A DNA stretch of 64,000 nt from Diplonema japonicum (GCA_964019335.1 OZ025686.1:186001-250000), one strand, 5' to 3'; counted from the stretch's first letter, positions 22,847-37,649 are shown. Notes: generated by a model not told the origin, from the letters alone. Numbers and translations: made by a program.

Positions 22847-23392
22847 TGTAACCATCCGTAATTCAATACGGTAGCCAAAAAGGAATAATGATTTTTTTCT
22901 TCTTCTTCTTCTTCATGGGGCAGTAGTTCTTCTCGGCACCCAGTCAAAACTAAATCAAGATCCCTTTGCAGAGTAGAGGCACTTTTAAAGGAATTGGAAA
23001 AAAAAAGGGGGGGGGAATGGGGAAAGCAGAAGGGAAATCAGCGCATCACCCAATTTCAAGAGAGGAAACTGAATGACCACCGATAAATTTTGTGAGGGGG
23101 AAAAAAAAAAGACACGAAAGACGACAAAAAACCCCCAATTTATTTCTTTTTTTATTTGGTTTATCATAATCTTTTTATTTTCTTTCGTTTTTTCTTTTTT
23201 TTTTCCCTCCATCATGCAGAACAAAGCAATCCACCGGTGTCTGAAGGTGGTGAGAAAAAATCAGTGTCTCACAACCACGACAGTGAACAGGGGGGGGGGG
23301 GATGTTCATAAAAGCAAGAAAAGAGGGGGGAGAAGCTTTCATAGAACAATAAAAAATACATATATATGTCTGTCATGGTAACTCATACACAT

Positions 23393-26300
23393 TTAGATGC
23401 TGTGGAACTCAACAGCGTTTGCGGTCGTGCTCCTGAGGGCCTTTTGGTCCTCAAGCTCCTGCATGCTCATGGGTGCTTCTTCCTCTGCCTTTCTCCCCTT
23501 CGCTCTGACGAGCATGGCGGCAGCAACGAGGCCACCCATGCAGAGAAGTCCTCCCAGAGTACCTCCGATGATGGCTGCGAGGTTTGAGCTGCTGCTGCTG
23601 CTGTTGTCCTTCTTCCCTTTGCTGCCTGCGTCGTAGCCCCCCTCGACCCACCACTCGTTCATGGAGACGACCCCATCGAGCTCCTTCTTGTCGAAGGCAC
23701 CGTACAGGTTCTGCTTCTTCTCTGACTGCACCTCGACGCCGACCACCGCACCACCGTCCTCGCCCCCCAGCACCGCCCCCGCACGCCCTGACAGGTCGTA
23801 CACATCAATGCACTTCGACGCAGCGCCGAAGGGGTCTGCACAGTTCCCGAACGGGCACTCGCTGGCGGGGCACAGGTACTTCACGAGTATTGTCGCTGCG
23901 GAGTCCTCCAACCCGTCCTTCACCATCTGCTCGAAGGTCGCACGGTTGAAGTTGGCCACCCCGTTTGACAGCACGAAGGTCATTAGCTGGCGTGCCTCCT
24001 CTGCCGCAGCAGATGTCCCGAAGCACTTGTACTCCGTAGAAGGGTCGCACACCCCTGACTGCGGGATGTCCTGGCACTGGTCCCCGCCTCCCTGCATGGA
24101 GCTGCAGTACGTGTCGGCCTTCTGCCACGAGGGGCAGTTGCAGCGAGGTGCCGTCCCGGTTGCCGCCCCCAGTCCGCGGGGGTCGCGGGGGGTCTTCCCG
24201 AGGTCCCTGCAGGACCACCCGTCTCCGGGGCACACGTCCAAGCACTGCGCGTACCACCCACTCTGCTCGAAACAGGTGAGCGACCCCTCGCAGCAGTACG
24301 GTGCAGCCGTGCACGCCCCGTGCTTTTTGATCGTTTTGCTGCATAGCCCGTGCGTCGGGAGGGTCGGGGCGGGTGGGGGAACCCCCCCGCTCAGCACGTC
24401 GCAGTCCCAGCCTTTCGGGCATTTCGTGAGGCACTGTGCGTACCAGTCGTTGTTCTTGAAGCATTGGGTCCCAGAGGGGCAGCAGTCGGGGCTGTGGTGG
24501 GAATGAAAATTCAAAGCATGAGAAAAAAAAAACATACTTGTTAAGACACGCGTCGTACATCTTGCACTGCGTCGAAGGTGCGTCCGTTGCAGGCGCATCG
24601 GTCCTGACCGGTGCATCTGTGTCGGGTGCGCCTGTTGCAGGAGCCTTCGTCTCTGGAGCAGTCGTCGCAGGCGCGTCGGTTTTCGGAACCGGGGCGTCGG
24701 TAGCAGGGGCATCCGTCGCAGGTGCGTCTGTTGCAGGTGCGTTGGTCTTCGGTGCCATTGTCTCAGGTGCATCCGTTTCAGGGGCGTTTGTCTTCGGTGC
24801 ATCTGTGGCAGGGGCATCCGTTGCAGGTGCCCTTGTTTGACCAGGCTTCGTTGCTGGTGCGTCTGTTGCAGGAGCGTTGGTTTTCGGTGCCATTGTCTCA
24901 GGTGCATCCGTTACAGGAGCGTTTGTCTTCGGTGCATCTGTGGCAGGGGCATCCGTCGCAGGTGCCCTTGTTTGACCAGGCTTTGTGGCGGGTGCGTCTG
25001 TTGCCGGTGCGTTAGTCTTCGGCGCCATTGTCTCAGGTGCATCCGTTTCAGGTGCGCTTGTCCTCGGTGCATCTGTGGCAGGGGCATCCGTCTCAGGTGC
25101 ATCTGTTTTAGGAACACTTGTCTTCGGTACAGCGGTAGCCGGGGCATCTGTAGAAGGTGCACTTGTCTTGGGAACATCTGTTGCCGGTGCAGTCGTGTCA
25201 GGTGCACTGGTCACCGAAGGGGTGTTCCCACAGGTGGGTGCATTCGCCTTGATGTAGTTCTTCAAGAAGGTCCCAGAGCAACTAGTATCGTCCCAAGACT
25301 TGCTGGAGCAAGCACCTGGATTCAAAGCAGCAGACACTTCGTTCTTGTCAGCATAGCTCCACTGAGCCCAACTGATCGAAATCCCGAGAGAGCCAGCACT
25401 GTTGAAGGTGTCCAGGAATTTCTTGGTCTCAGGGAGGTACGGCCCACCGTCACCGCTCGCCATCGAGGTCCCCCATTCAGTCACGAAGATTGGGATTTGT
25501 GAAGCATAGGTCTCCACGTTCGCAAGAAGCCCTTGGTGAGAACCAGCGTAGAAGTGGAAGGTGTACATCACATTCCTGGGTTGGTCCACAGGATCAGCTG
25601 CTGCCTTGTCGATCTCCTGGCTCCAAGTGGGGGTTCCGCAGATGATGATGGTCTCGGTGTCGATGCGACGGATGGCGGCGATGATCTTGTTGTGGTACGA
25701 CTTCACCGCAGGCCACTGCACACCGTTGGGCTCGTTCGCGAGTTCGTACAGGACGTGCTTCTCGTTCTTGTAAAGGGTTGCCATCTCCTCGAAGAAGGCC
25801 TGTGCTCCGCTGTAGGTTCCATCGTTCGGGTTTCCTGGGTTCAGCATGTGCCAGTCGATCATGACGTAGATCCCGAGCTCCTTGCACCACTGAACAATGT
25901 CCTTCACAGTCTGCTTCACACTGGGGTTCGAGGCATAGCCCCCCTCACCAACGTACATTGCAGCACGGAACAGGTTGATCCCCCAGTTCTCTGTGAGGTG
26001 CTGGATCGCTTCCTTGGTGTAGCAGTTCGGGAACCAGTGAAGCCCGTGGCTGCTCATCCCCATCAACTGGACCGCTGCTCCAGATTCATCCACGAGCTGC
26101 AGCCCAGAGGGACCACCGAGGGTGAGCTTCCCGTGGCAGTCGATGAAGTTCCTGTTGTTCTTTGCAGGGGGATCCGATGGGACACCAGCAGGCATCGCAC
26201 AGTTGCTGCCGCCACCACCACCACCACCACCACCACCGTTCTGCCAGTTGCACTTGTTGGTACTGGGGCAGCAGCACCTGCAGAAGCATTCACTCCCATC

Positions 26301-29300
26301 ATCGGTTCCACAGTTAGCTCCATTGTTGGTCCACCCGCAGTCGCAGTTCGGAGATGACCCAGGGCAATTGCTCTGAGGAGGGACATCAGTGGCAGGAGCG
26401 GGGGTCATCGGTGGGGAATCAGTGGCAGGAGCAGGGGTGAGGCCCGGAACACTCGTGATCGGAGGCTTGTTTCCACAAGTAGGTGCATTCGCCTTGATGT
26501 AGTTCTTCAAGAAGGTCCCAGAGCAACTAGTATCGTCCCAAGACTTGCTGGAGCAAGCACCTGGATTCAAAGCAGCAGACACTTCGTTCTTGTCAGCATA
26601 GCTCCACTGAGCCCAACTGATCGAAATCCCGAGAGAGCCAGCACTGTTGAAGGTGTCCAGGAATTTCTTGGTCTCAGGGAGGTACGGCCCACCGTCACCG
26701 CTCGCCATCGAGGTCCCCCATTCAGTCACGAAGATTGGGATTTGTGAAGCATAGGTCTCCACGTTCGCAAGAAGCCCTTGGTGAGAACCAGCGTAGAAGT
26801 GGAAGGTGTACATCACATTCCTGGGTTGGTCCACAGGATCAGCTGCTGCCTTGTCGATCTCCTGGCTCCAAGTGGGGGTTCCGCAGATGATGATGGTCTC
26901 GGTGTCGATGCGACGGATGGCGGCGATGATCTTGTTGTGGTACGACTTCACCGCAGGCCACTGCACACCGTTGGGCTCGTTCGCGAGTTCGTACAGGACG
27001 TGCTTCTCGTTCTTGTAAAGGGTTGCCATCTCCTCGAAGAAGGCCTGTGCTCCGCTGTAGGTTCCATCGTTCGGGTTTCCTGGGTTCAGCATGTGCCAGT
27101 CGATCATGACGTAGATCCCGAGCTCCTTGCACCACTGAACAATGTCCTTCACAGTCTGCTTCACACTGGGGTTCGAGGCATAGCCCCCCTCACCAACGTA
27201 CATTGCAGCACGGAACAGGTTGATCCCCCAGTTCTCTGTGAGGTGCTGGATCGCTTCCTTGGTGTAGCAGTTCGGGAACCAGTGAAGCCCGTGGCTGCTC
27301 ATCCCCATCAACTGGACCGCTGCTCCAGATTCATCCACGAGCTGCAGCCCAGAGGGACCACCGAGGGTGAGCTTCCCGTGGCAGTCGATGAAGTTCCTGT
27401 TGTTCTTTGCAGGGGGATCCGATGGGACACCAGCAGGCATCGCACAGTTGCTGCCGCCACCACCACCACCACCACCACCACCGTTCTGCCAGTTGCACTT
27501 GTTGGTACTGGGGCAGCAGCACCTGCAGAAGCATTCACTCCCATCATCGGTTCCACAGTTAGCTCCATTGTTGGTCCACCCGCAGTCGCAGTTCGGAGAT
27601 GACCCAGGGCAATTGCTCTGAGGAGGGACATCAGTGGCAGGAGCGGGGGTCATCGGTGGGGAATCAGTGGCAGGAGCAGGGGTGAGGCCCGGAACACTCG
27701 TGATCGGAGGCTTGTTTCCACAAGTAGGTGCATTCGCCTTGATGTAGTTCTTCAAGAAGGTCCCAGAGCAACTAGTATCGTCCCAAGACTTGCTGGAGCA
27801 AGCACCTGGATTCAAAGCAGCAGACACTTCGTTCTTGTCAGCATAGCTCCACTGAGCCCAACTGATCGAAATCCCGAGAGAGCCAGCACTGTTGAAGGTG
27901 TCCAGGAATTTCTTGGTCTCAGGGAGGTACGGCCCACCGTCACCGCTCGCCATCGAGGTCCCCCATTCAGTCACGAAGATTGGGATTTGTGAAGCATAGG
28001 TCTCCACGTTCGCAAGAAGCCCTTGGTGAGAACCAGCGTAGAAGTGGAAGGTGTACATCACATTCCTGGGTTGGTCCACAGGATCAGCTGCTGCCTTGTC
28101 GATCTCCTGGCTCCAAGTGGGGGTTCCGCAGATGATGATGGTCTCGGTGTCGATGCGACGGATGGCGGCGATGATCTTGTTGTGGTACGACTTCACCGCA
28201 GGCCACTGCACACCGTTGGGCTCGTTCGCGAGTTCGTACAGGACGTGCTTCTCGTTCTTGTAAAGGGTTGCCATCTCCTCGAAGAAGGCCTGTGCTCCGC
28301 TGTAGGTTCCATCGTTCGGGTTTCCTGGGTTCAGCATGTGCCAGTCGATCATGACGTAGATCCCGAGCTCCTTGCACCACTGAACAATGTCCTTCACAGT
28401 CTGCTTCACACTGGGGTTCGAGGCATAGCCCCCCTCACCAACGTACATTGCAGCACGGAACAGGTTGATCCCCCAGTTCTCTGTGAGGTGCTGGATCGCT
28501 TCCTTGGTGTAGCAGTTCGGGAACCAGTGAAGCCCGTGGCTGCTCATCCCCATCAACTGGACCGCTGCTCCAGATTCATCCACGAGCTGCAGCCCAGAGG
28601 GACCACCGAGGGTGAGCTTCCCGTGGCAGTCGATGAAGTTCCTGTTGTTCTTTGCAGGGGGATCCGATGGGACACCAGCAGGCATCGCACAGTTGCTGCC
28701 GCCACCACCACCACCACCACCACCACCGTTCTGCCAGTTGCACTTGTTGGTACTGGGGCAGCAGCACCTGCAGAAGCATTCACTCCCATCATCGGTTCCA
28801 CAGTTAGCTCCATTGTTGGTCCACCCGCAGTCGCAGTTCGGAGATGACCCAGGGCAATTGCTCTGAGGAGGGACATCAGTGGCAGGAGCGGGGGTCATCG
28901 GTGGGGAATCAGTGGCAGGAGCAGGGGTGAGGCCCGGAACACTCGTGATCGGAGGCTTGTTTCCACAAGTAGGTGCATTCGCCTTGATGTAGTTCTTCAA
29001 GAAGGTCCCAGAGCAACTAGTATCGTCCCAAGACTTGCTGGAGCAAGCACCTGGATTCAAAGCAGCAGACACTTCGTTCTTGTCAGCATAGCTCCACTGA
29101 GCCCAACTGATCGAAATCCCGAGAGAGCCAGCACTGTTGAAGGTGTCCAGGAATTTCTTGGTCTCAGGGAGGTACGGCCCACCGTCACCGCTCGCCATCG
29201 AGGTCCCCCATTCAGTCACGAAGATTGGGATTTGTGAAGCATAGGTCTCCACGTTCGCAAGAAGCCCTTGGTGAGAACCAGCGTAGAAGTGGAAGGTGTA

Positions 29301-30917
29301 CATCACATTCCTGGGTTGGTCCACAGGATCAGCTGCTGCCTTGTCGATCTCCTGGCTCCAAGTGGGGGTTCCGCAGATGATGATGGTCTCGGTGTCGATG
29401 CGACGGATGGCGGCGATGATCTTGTTGTGGTACGACTTCACCGCAGGCCACTGCACACCGTTGGGCTCGTTCGCGAGTTCGTACAGGACGTGCTTCTCGT
29501 TCTTGTAAAGGGTTGCCATCTCCTCGAAGAAGGCCTGTGCTCCGCTGTAGGTTCCATCGTTCGGGTTTCCTGGGTTCAGCATGTGCCAGTCGATCATGAC
29601 GTAGATCCCGAGCTCCTTGCACCACTGAACAATGTCCTTCACAGTCTGCTTCACACTGGGGTTCGAGGCATAGCCCCCCTCACCAACGTACATTGCAGCA
29701 CGGAACAGGTTGATCCCCCAGTTCTCTGTGAGGTGCTGGATCGCTTCCTTGGTGTAGCAGTTCGGGAACCAGTGAAGCCCGTGGCTGCTCATCCCCATCA
29801 ACTGGACCGCTGCTCCAGATTCATCCACGAGCTGCAGCCCAGAGGGACCACCGAGGGTGAGCTTCCCGTGGCAGTCGATGAAGTTCCTGTTGTTCTTCGC
29901 AGGGGGATCCGATGGGACACCAGCAGGCATCGCACAGTTGCTGCCGCCACCAGCACCGCCACCACCACCACCACCGCCGCCACCGTTCTGCCAGTTGCAG
30001 GAGTTCTTGGTAGGACAGCAGCACCTGCAGAAGCATTCACTCCCATCATCGCTCCCACAGTTCGCCCCGTTGTTGGTCCATCCGCAGTCGCAGTTCGACG
30101 AGGCTCCAGGGCAGGTCGTGGGAGGGACAGGGGCGGGGCCAGACGGAGGAGGAAGCATCGGGGTGGGGGGAACAGGGGCGCCGTTCCCTGCAGGGTCAGG
30201 GAACTGGTCATCGTCCAACCTCCTCGATCCGCTTGCCGCCACAAGGCTGTCGGGGCACTTCACTCTCGTTGCCTGCGCTCCCGGGTTGTCGGCGTTCTTG
30301 AACCACCCGAAGCGGAAGTTGCACCCTGCCTGCAGTTCTGAAGGGAGGTTTCCGCACTCAGACAAGGAGTTCACCCCACCGTACCTCTTGCCCCATTGGG
30401 CCTCTGTCGTGCTGCTGAACTGCCCAGGGCCGTTCACAGACTGTCCTGTGCATCCGTTGAAGATACCGAAGCCGCCGCCCGGAATCTGCAGGTCGAAGTG
30501 CACGGCACCGAGGTCGTCCCCGCTGTTCACCACCTGCACCACCATCCGCTTCCCTGCCAACACAGTCGACGACTCGAACGCCAGCTCGTAGCACACAGAG
30601 CACTCCAAGTTCGCAGCCGCGTACCCGTATGCCACGTCGGCTGTCACTTCAAACGGGAGCTGGTTCGTGCACATGTAGGCGGGGCCGCTGTTCGACCCAC
30701 CCCCCGCGCAGATGTTCTTCGCGTCCCCGTCCGCGAGCGGCGCCCCGTCTAGCCCGCAGGAGTGCACAGGAGCGTCCACCCGCATCACCCCACCCTTGTT
30801 CGCGTTGGAGTCCCACGCGCACGATGGCTTGCAGCAGTCCCAGTACCGCGTCGTCTTCGCAGGCACGGCCCCGACTGCCGCTGTCAGCCCCAGAAGCACC
30901 AGCAGGGGCCCTGACAT
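23393..30917 (-). CDS. Membrane-anchored multi-catalytic cellulase: GH45 + 4x GH5 + Cys-rich modules + mucin-like stalk + 2 CBM1-like + TM (~2,492 aa); intron 24492-24537
   Basis: GH45 TTRYWDCCKPSC and HFDLQIPGGG; each GH5 has YVMIDWH, YELANEP, FHFY, FVTEWG. A 46-nt GTATGT...CCACAG intron joins ACLN|NPDCC into ORF 23393..24907, giving WYAQC domains and TM LAAIIGGTLGGLLCMGGLVAAAMLV. Confidence 0.93.
24570..25215 (-). repeat. Coding 15-bp minisatellite (xTDAP stalk) with a 135-bp higher-order repeat
   Basis: Pentapeptide periodicity; CATTGTCTCA recurs at 24756, 24891 and 25026. Confidence 0.9.
25237..30113 (-). repeat. Intragenic tandem array, ~4 x 1245 bp (415 aa)
   Basis: Shadow ORFs with identical starts recur at 25533, 26778, 28023 and 29268. 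Confidence 0.97.
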
Positions 30918-31401
30918 CTTTTCACCTCCCGCCGTCATCCAAGTCCCACGGCTTGTCTTGTGTGTTGGTTACAAACTGTGAAGAGAGTACAAAATCTGGC
31001 AACAAAAGAATAATAAACCAATGGAACAAAAAGAGAGAAGAGAGGAGGGGGAAGAAAGAAGAATCTAAAAAAGCTTCATTAAACCGCGAAACCTCACAGA
31101 AGAAGGGGTAGTGGGGGGGAGACGGGACCCAAGACATAAACAATATGTTGTTCCCTTTCGGCATCCCCTTTATTCCTTTTTCCTGGACGTTTCTTTGCTT
31201 TTGCGGCTGCTGCTTCTTTTCAATTTCTTCTTTTTTCTTCCTTTTTGTTTTTTATGAATCTTTCATCAATCGAGAAAGATATGCCCTCCCCCCATTAATA
31301 AAGAACGAGAAGAGCAAGCAAGCATTATTCTTTTGTTTGTTTTGTTTTCGCCCCTTTCAACAGAGGATCAATGCCTTTTTTTCTTTTCTTCGAGATAAGG
31401 T

Positions 31402-32061
31402 TTAAGCCTTGTAGACGGAGAAGACACCCTCCTTCTTTGCGTAGTGGGCCTTCACCACCGGGATGTTTGCGATCTTCTTGGTGTGTGCGGTGATGTTCTT
31501 GAAGGGGGCGAGGCAGTCGGTGGGGTAGCCGTCGAACTGCCCGCTCCTGAAGATGTTGGGCCAGGCGAAGACAGCGGCGTCGGCGAGGGTGAGGTGGTCC
31601 CCGACTGCGAACCCGGAGGGGTTCTTCCCGATCAACTCGTCGATGAAGGTGAGCCACTTGAAGGCGTCGCCGCCCTCCGCCACAGAGGCTGCCCTGAAGG
31701 CCTCCCTCTCAGCTCCCTCGGGGACACCGAAGCTCTTGATGAGGGGACCGAACACCTCTCCAACCATGTCCACCATCTCGTCCACGCGGAGGGCAGCAAG
31801 CGGGCACTCCGGGTACAGGGGCTTCCCCTCGAACGAAGACTTCTTCGCCGCCCACCTCGCCATCGCCACGCTCTGCGACACCTGCACACCGTCCAACTCC
31901 ATCAGAGGAAGCTGCTTGGGGGCAACCGTCGGCTTCATCTTCCCCCACGACTCCCCCGTCACGATCTCATCCTCGAAGGGCACTCCCCCGACCATCAGGC
32001 AGAACCGGGTCGGCTCCAGCCTCCCCGCAATGTCGAAGTAGGTGAGCTTCACAGACGGCAT
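31402..32061 (-). CDS. Glutathione S-transferase, sigma-like
   Basis: MPSVKLTYFDIAGRLEPTR, QLPLMELDG, SQSVAMARW, VGDHLTLAD. Confidence 0.93.
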   Translation of the reverse strand: MPSVKLTYFDIAGRLEPTRFCLMVGGVPFEDEIVTGESWGKMKPTVAPKQLPLMELDGVQVSQSVAMARWAAKKSSFEGKPLYPECPLAALRVDEMVDMVGEVFGPLIKSFGVPEGAEREAFRAASVAEGGDAFKWLTFIDELIGKNPSGFAVGDHLTLADAAVFAWPNIFRSGQFDGYPTDCLAPFKNITAHTKKIANIPVVKAHYAKKEGVFSVYKA

Positions 32062-32986
32062 TTGTGTTTTTTTTTTTCTCTTTCTTTCTTTTATTAGGAT
32101 GATGTTGAGGTGGGTGCTGGATTTAAGAGAGAAAAAAAAGTGGGTGGGGGAAAGTGAACTTATGGGAGGAATAGAATAAATCAAAAAAAAAATTGAAAAA
32201 GGTGTCAGGGTTAGATGCTTTGGGAACAGTATGAAAAAAAAAGGGGGGTGGGGATGGGTGAGCGTGGAGGATCCGAATAGGATAATTGTGGGGAAAGTTT
32301 AATAAAATATAAAAAAAAAAAAAAGAGAAAAAAAAAGATAGATTCAGTTACATCTAGGAGGAAAGCAGGAAGCAAATTAGGCTATGAGATTGAAAGGACG
32401 TGTAAGGGGGGAGAAATTTGTACTTTTTTCCCCTCCATGCTCCTTGTTTTCTCTTTTTTTTTTTGTTCTCTTCCGTAACCTCGGTTTTTCTTTTTCTTTT
32501 CTTTTTTTTAAATAAGCCACTCAGTTTTCTTTATTTTTCTTTTTTTTTATTTTCTTCAAAAAATGGAACAATTTAAAACAAAAATAATGGTGCTTCAAAA
32601 AAAAAAAAATCAGTTTATAGATTTTCTTTTTTTCTTTAAATGGGCAAATAAGAGGAAGTCAATCAACAAAGGAATGAGAATAAATAAAATAATAAAAGAA
32701 AAACACAACCTTCTTTTCTTTTCTATTTTTATAACAGAGAAGAAGGCGAGAAGCCAAAAAAAAAAATAATGGGTCAGGGGTAGAAAAAAAACCAGAAAAA
32801 AGAAAAAAAAGGCGAAAAAAGGGTTTTTTTTTTCTTTTTTTTTTTTTTTTTCCCTTTCACTTTCCGGGACTCTTCCATCTTATTTTTAATGTATTTCTAA
32901 ATCACAAAGCTTGTTTTTTGAAAAAAGGCAGAGTTTCAAAAGGGTTAAAAAAGAAAGAGCACATTCTAAGGTCTATCATAGTCTGA

Positions 32987-34660
<1,674 letters not shown>

Positions 34661-34920
34661 TTAATAAACACAAAAGGCCCACACTTTGCTGCTCTGCTCC
34701 ACACTTGAAAATGCACACTGCTGGAACAGACGAGACACAACCACACCAGAGAGACAAAGCAAGCAGCACAGGCGGAGGCCCTTGCTGCAGTGCTTTGTGT
34801 CAACGTTTTGCTTCAATATTCCTATTCACGAAGTGGAGACAACAAACAGCAAGCCTTGTGATGATTAAAACGAAAGTGCGGAAGAAAAGGGGGAAAGGGG
34901 TGATATGCTAAGAAGGATGC

Positions 34921-36036
34921 CTACTTGGCGAGAGCGAAACCCACACGGGCGTTGGTGACGTCGAACTCGAGGTAGTACTTCCTCATGAAGATGTCACCGA
35001 AGATCCAGACGGGGCCGAACGGGGGGGGCACGTCGATGCCCATGAAGCCGCTGAGGCAGGTGGTCTGAGCGCCCTGCGAGATCTTCATGATGTAGTCGTC
35101 CTGCTTGAGGGTGAAGGTGTTGCCAAGCATGGTGAGGGTGAGGTCAGGGAGGGTGTTCTCCTTGGGGCAGGTGGTGTACTGGCACTCACCGGTGGGACCT
35201 TCATTGCACCCAAGCTGCGCGTTGATCCCCTTGGCGACGCTCTTGGGGAAGGCCAGCAGACTGGTACCGGAGTCCATGACAGCGTTCACGTTCTTCCCGA
35301 CGGACTGCCCGTTGAAGGACACGTCGTCACCGTTCAGCTGCCAGTAGCCCTTCTTCGCCACAGGGACGTACACGAAGGGGGTGCTGTGGTGAGCGGGATC
35401 GGTCCCACCCATGGTGAGCTCCCCCACGTGGCTCCCGTCGTTGGTCAGGTAGAAGGCGAAGCTACCGGTCGCGACCTTGTGCTGCTCGAGCAGCGCGAAG
35501 AAAGGAGGGGTCACACCATCCACAGCGATGGTAGGCCAGCCCATACCGCAGATACCGTCGAAGTGCGCAACATCCCATGTGATACCAGGCATCTTGGTGG
35601 CCTCACCGAAGTTAAGGGTCACGTTAAGACCAGCAACACCGAGCACGTCCTTGTCGATGATACCTTCAAGGGCTCCACTGCCGTACTGGATGGAGAACTT
35701 GGTGCCGTTGGCGACGTAGGTGGACGACTTGTCAGAGTGGTACCTGTTGTCACCGGTCACCTTGGGCTCGGGTCCCGGCACCCACAAGTTGGAGCTCCCA
35801 GTGTCGAAGATCACCTTGAAGTGTTGCGGGGGGGTTCCCAGCGTGAGGGGCCCGTAGTACTGCGCGTTCTCGAAGTCCGTGATGGGGACCGAGGGGGTGG
35901 CACCGTACTTCGCGCACAACATAGCGTGGTCCGCAGACAGGGACTTCTTGCCAGCAGTCTTGGCCAGAGGGATCTTCACCACTGCGGAAGCGGAGACCAC
36001 TCCCAGCAGCATAAGGCACATAGCGCGCGACATCAT
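34921..36036 (-). CDS. Pepsin-family (A1) aspartic protease, cathepsin D-like
   Basis: Signal peptide, FDTGSSNLWV, MDSGTS, WIFGDIFMRKYY. Confidence 0.96.
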   Translation of the reverse strand: MMSRAMCLMLLGVVSASAVVKIPLAKTAGKKSLSADHAMLCAKYGATPSVPITDFENAQYYGPLTLGTPPQHFKVIFDTGSSNLWVPGPEPKVTGDNRYHSDKSSTYVANGTKFSIQYGSGALEGIIDKDVLGVAGLNVTLNFGEATKMPGITWDVAHFDGICGMGWPTIAVDGVTPPFFALLEQHKVATGSFAFYLTNDGSHVGELTMGGTDPAHHSTPFVYVPVAKKGYWQLNGDDVSFNGQSVGKNVNAVMDSGTSLLAFPKSVAKGINAQLGCNEGPTGECQYTTCPKENTLPDLTLTMLGNTFTLKQDDYIMKISQGAQTTCLSGFMGIDVPPPFGPVWIFGDIFMRKYYLEFDVTNARVGFALAK

Positions 36037-36305
36037 TGTTGCGAGATAAATTTCTTTGAATGTTATTTTTTTTATTCGTCAAGCCAAATATTACCTCAAA
36101 AAACTAAACGACAATCCCACTAGGTTTTATTTATTTAAAGAAAATAGAAAGAAAAAACAATTCAGAGTACGTTGGCGACAGAAAATTCAATAATCTCGAT
36201 TGACAGTGGACGGTCCCTACTTGGGTCCTGTCTCGAATGAGCGAGGACCGAGGGGTGCACACAATAGAAATCAAAAAAGTGGGATGTTTCGACGGCGAAT
36301 CAAAC

Positions 36306-37649
36306 TCACTTCCTGAGGGTGAGCATAGTGCCCTTGGGGGCGGTGATGCTGCTGCAGAGGTTCTCGAAGAAGGTGCCCTGGGTGTCCTGCTCGCACTGGC
36401 CGGTGGGCTGAGTGCTGGAGATGGCGAAACCACTGCAGTCAGCGGAGGTGAGGTACTCCTTCATGACGAGGCCAGAGGCATCGCAGGAGGAGATCATGGC
36501 AGAGCCACCGCCGGTGACGGGGATGCACTGGCCGATGGGGAAGGAGTGCGACTGGCAGCCCGAGGTGCAGGCAGAGTCAGTGCAGGTCTTCTGGGTGAAG
36601 GTGCCCGAAGGCGAAGGCGGGGTAGGAGGGGTGGGACCCGACCCAGACACCTTCGAGGTACAGGGGGACTGGTTCAGAAGGCACTGGTTGGTGCCCCTGG
36701 CAAGCCTGATGTACCCGTTCTCACCCCACGCCGCGCCCCAAGAGTTCTTCACGATCCAGTAGTCGGCGGCGAAACCAACGATCAGCACACCGTGGTCCAG
36801 CTGCTGGCTGATGCAGTTCGACATCACACCGCCGGTGTACGTCTGCCACGAGGTAGCGTCCACAGCGATGGAGAGGGGGCCGTTCGTCGACACCCACGTC
36901 GCCATGTCGTCCTCGTTGTGAGCAATGTCCTGGTGACCCGAGATGGTGGCACCAACAGCCTTGCCAGAGACCTCCTGGCACTGGCCGCTCACACCACCGC
37001 CCGAGGTGTAGGGGTACGAGGCCTCGGTTACAATCTGACCGTTGTGCGCGGACAACAGCCACTCGAATGCGTTGTCCATGAGACCACCATCGCAGCCATC
37101 GTCGTTCTTGTCGCACGATACAAGCTCCTGCTCAGAGAGCGAGGTCAGGGTGTTGCCGGCAAGGAACCACTGGCCCTCGATGCCACCGGTGGTGGAGAAC
37201 GCCCAGCAGCTGTGGTTGGTGTTTTTGATCTATTTGTCATATATTCCCCTTTTCACATACCTCCCGCACTGTGCCTGGTTCTTCACGTGGGTCACGGCGC
37301 CCTTGGACCTCCAGTCCACGGGGGTGGCAGCCACACCCTCGAACATCCTGGGGGGGCTCTTCTTCGCGGGGACCTTCAGGTTGTGGTGCACCTTGAACTC
37401 CTCCGCGGACAGGTCGCTGAATGCGTTCATCCCGAAGGTAGCCTTGGGGTTCGACTCCTCGAACTTCGCAGCCTTCATCATGTTCTTCTTGAAGATGGCC
37501 CTCCTGTGCGCCTCGTCGGAGCCGGTGTACTTCTTGTTGTAGGTCTCCTTGAAGTTCCTCCACAGGAGCGCTTCGTTGGCCTCGATGTACGAGGCGGGCA
37601 TGCCCGCGGTGGCCGTGGCCAGGGCGAGGATAGCAAGACTGGTCTTCAT
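36306..37649 (-). CDS. Cathepsin L-like cysteine protease with cruzipain-type C-terminal extension; intron 37210-37260
   Basis: 51-nt GTATGT...CCACAG intron restores QAQCGS|CWAFSTTG; LDHGVLIVG, WIVKNSWG; Pro-rich hinge then FTQKTCTDSACTSGC...GQC. Confidence 0.95.

Noticed and set aside
23805-24537. C-terminus of the 2377-aa ORF as given in the track
   Set aside because: Read-through of an intron; the spliced frame gives coherent CBM1-like and TM domains.
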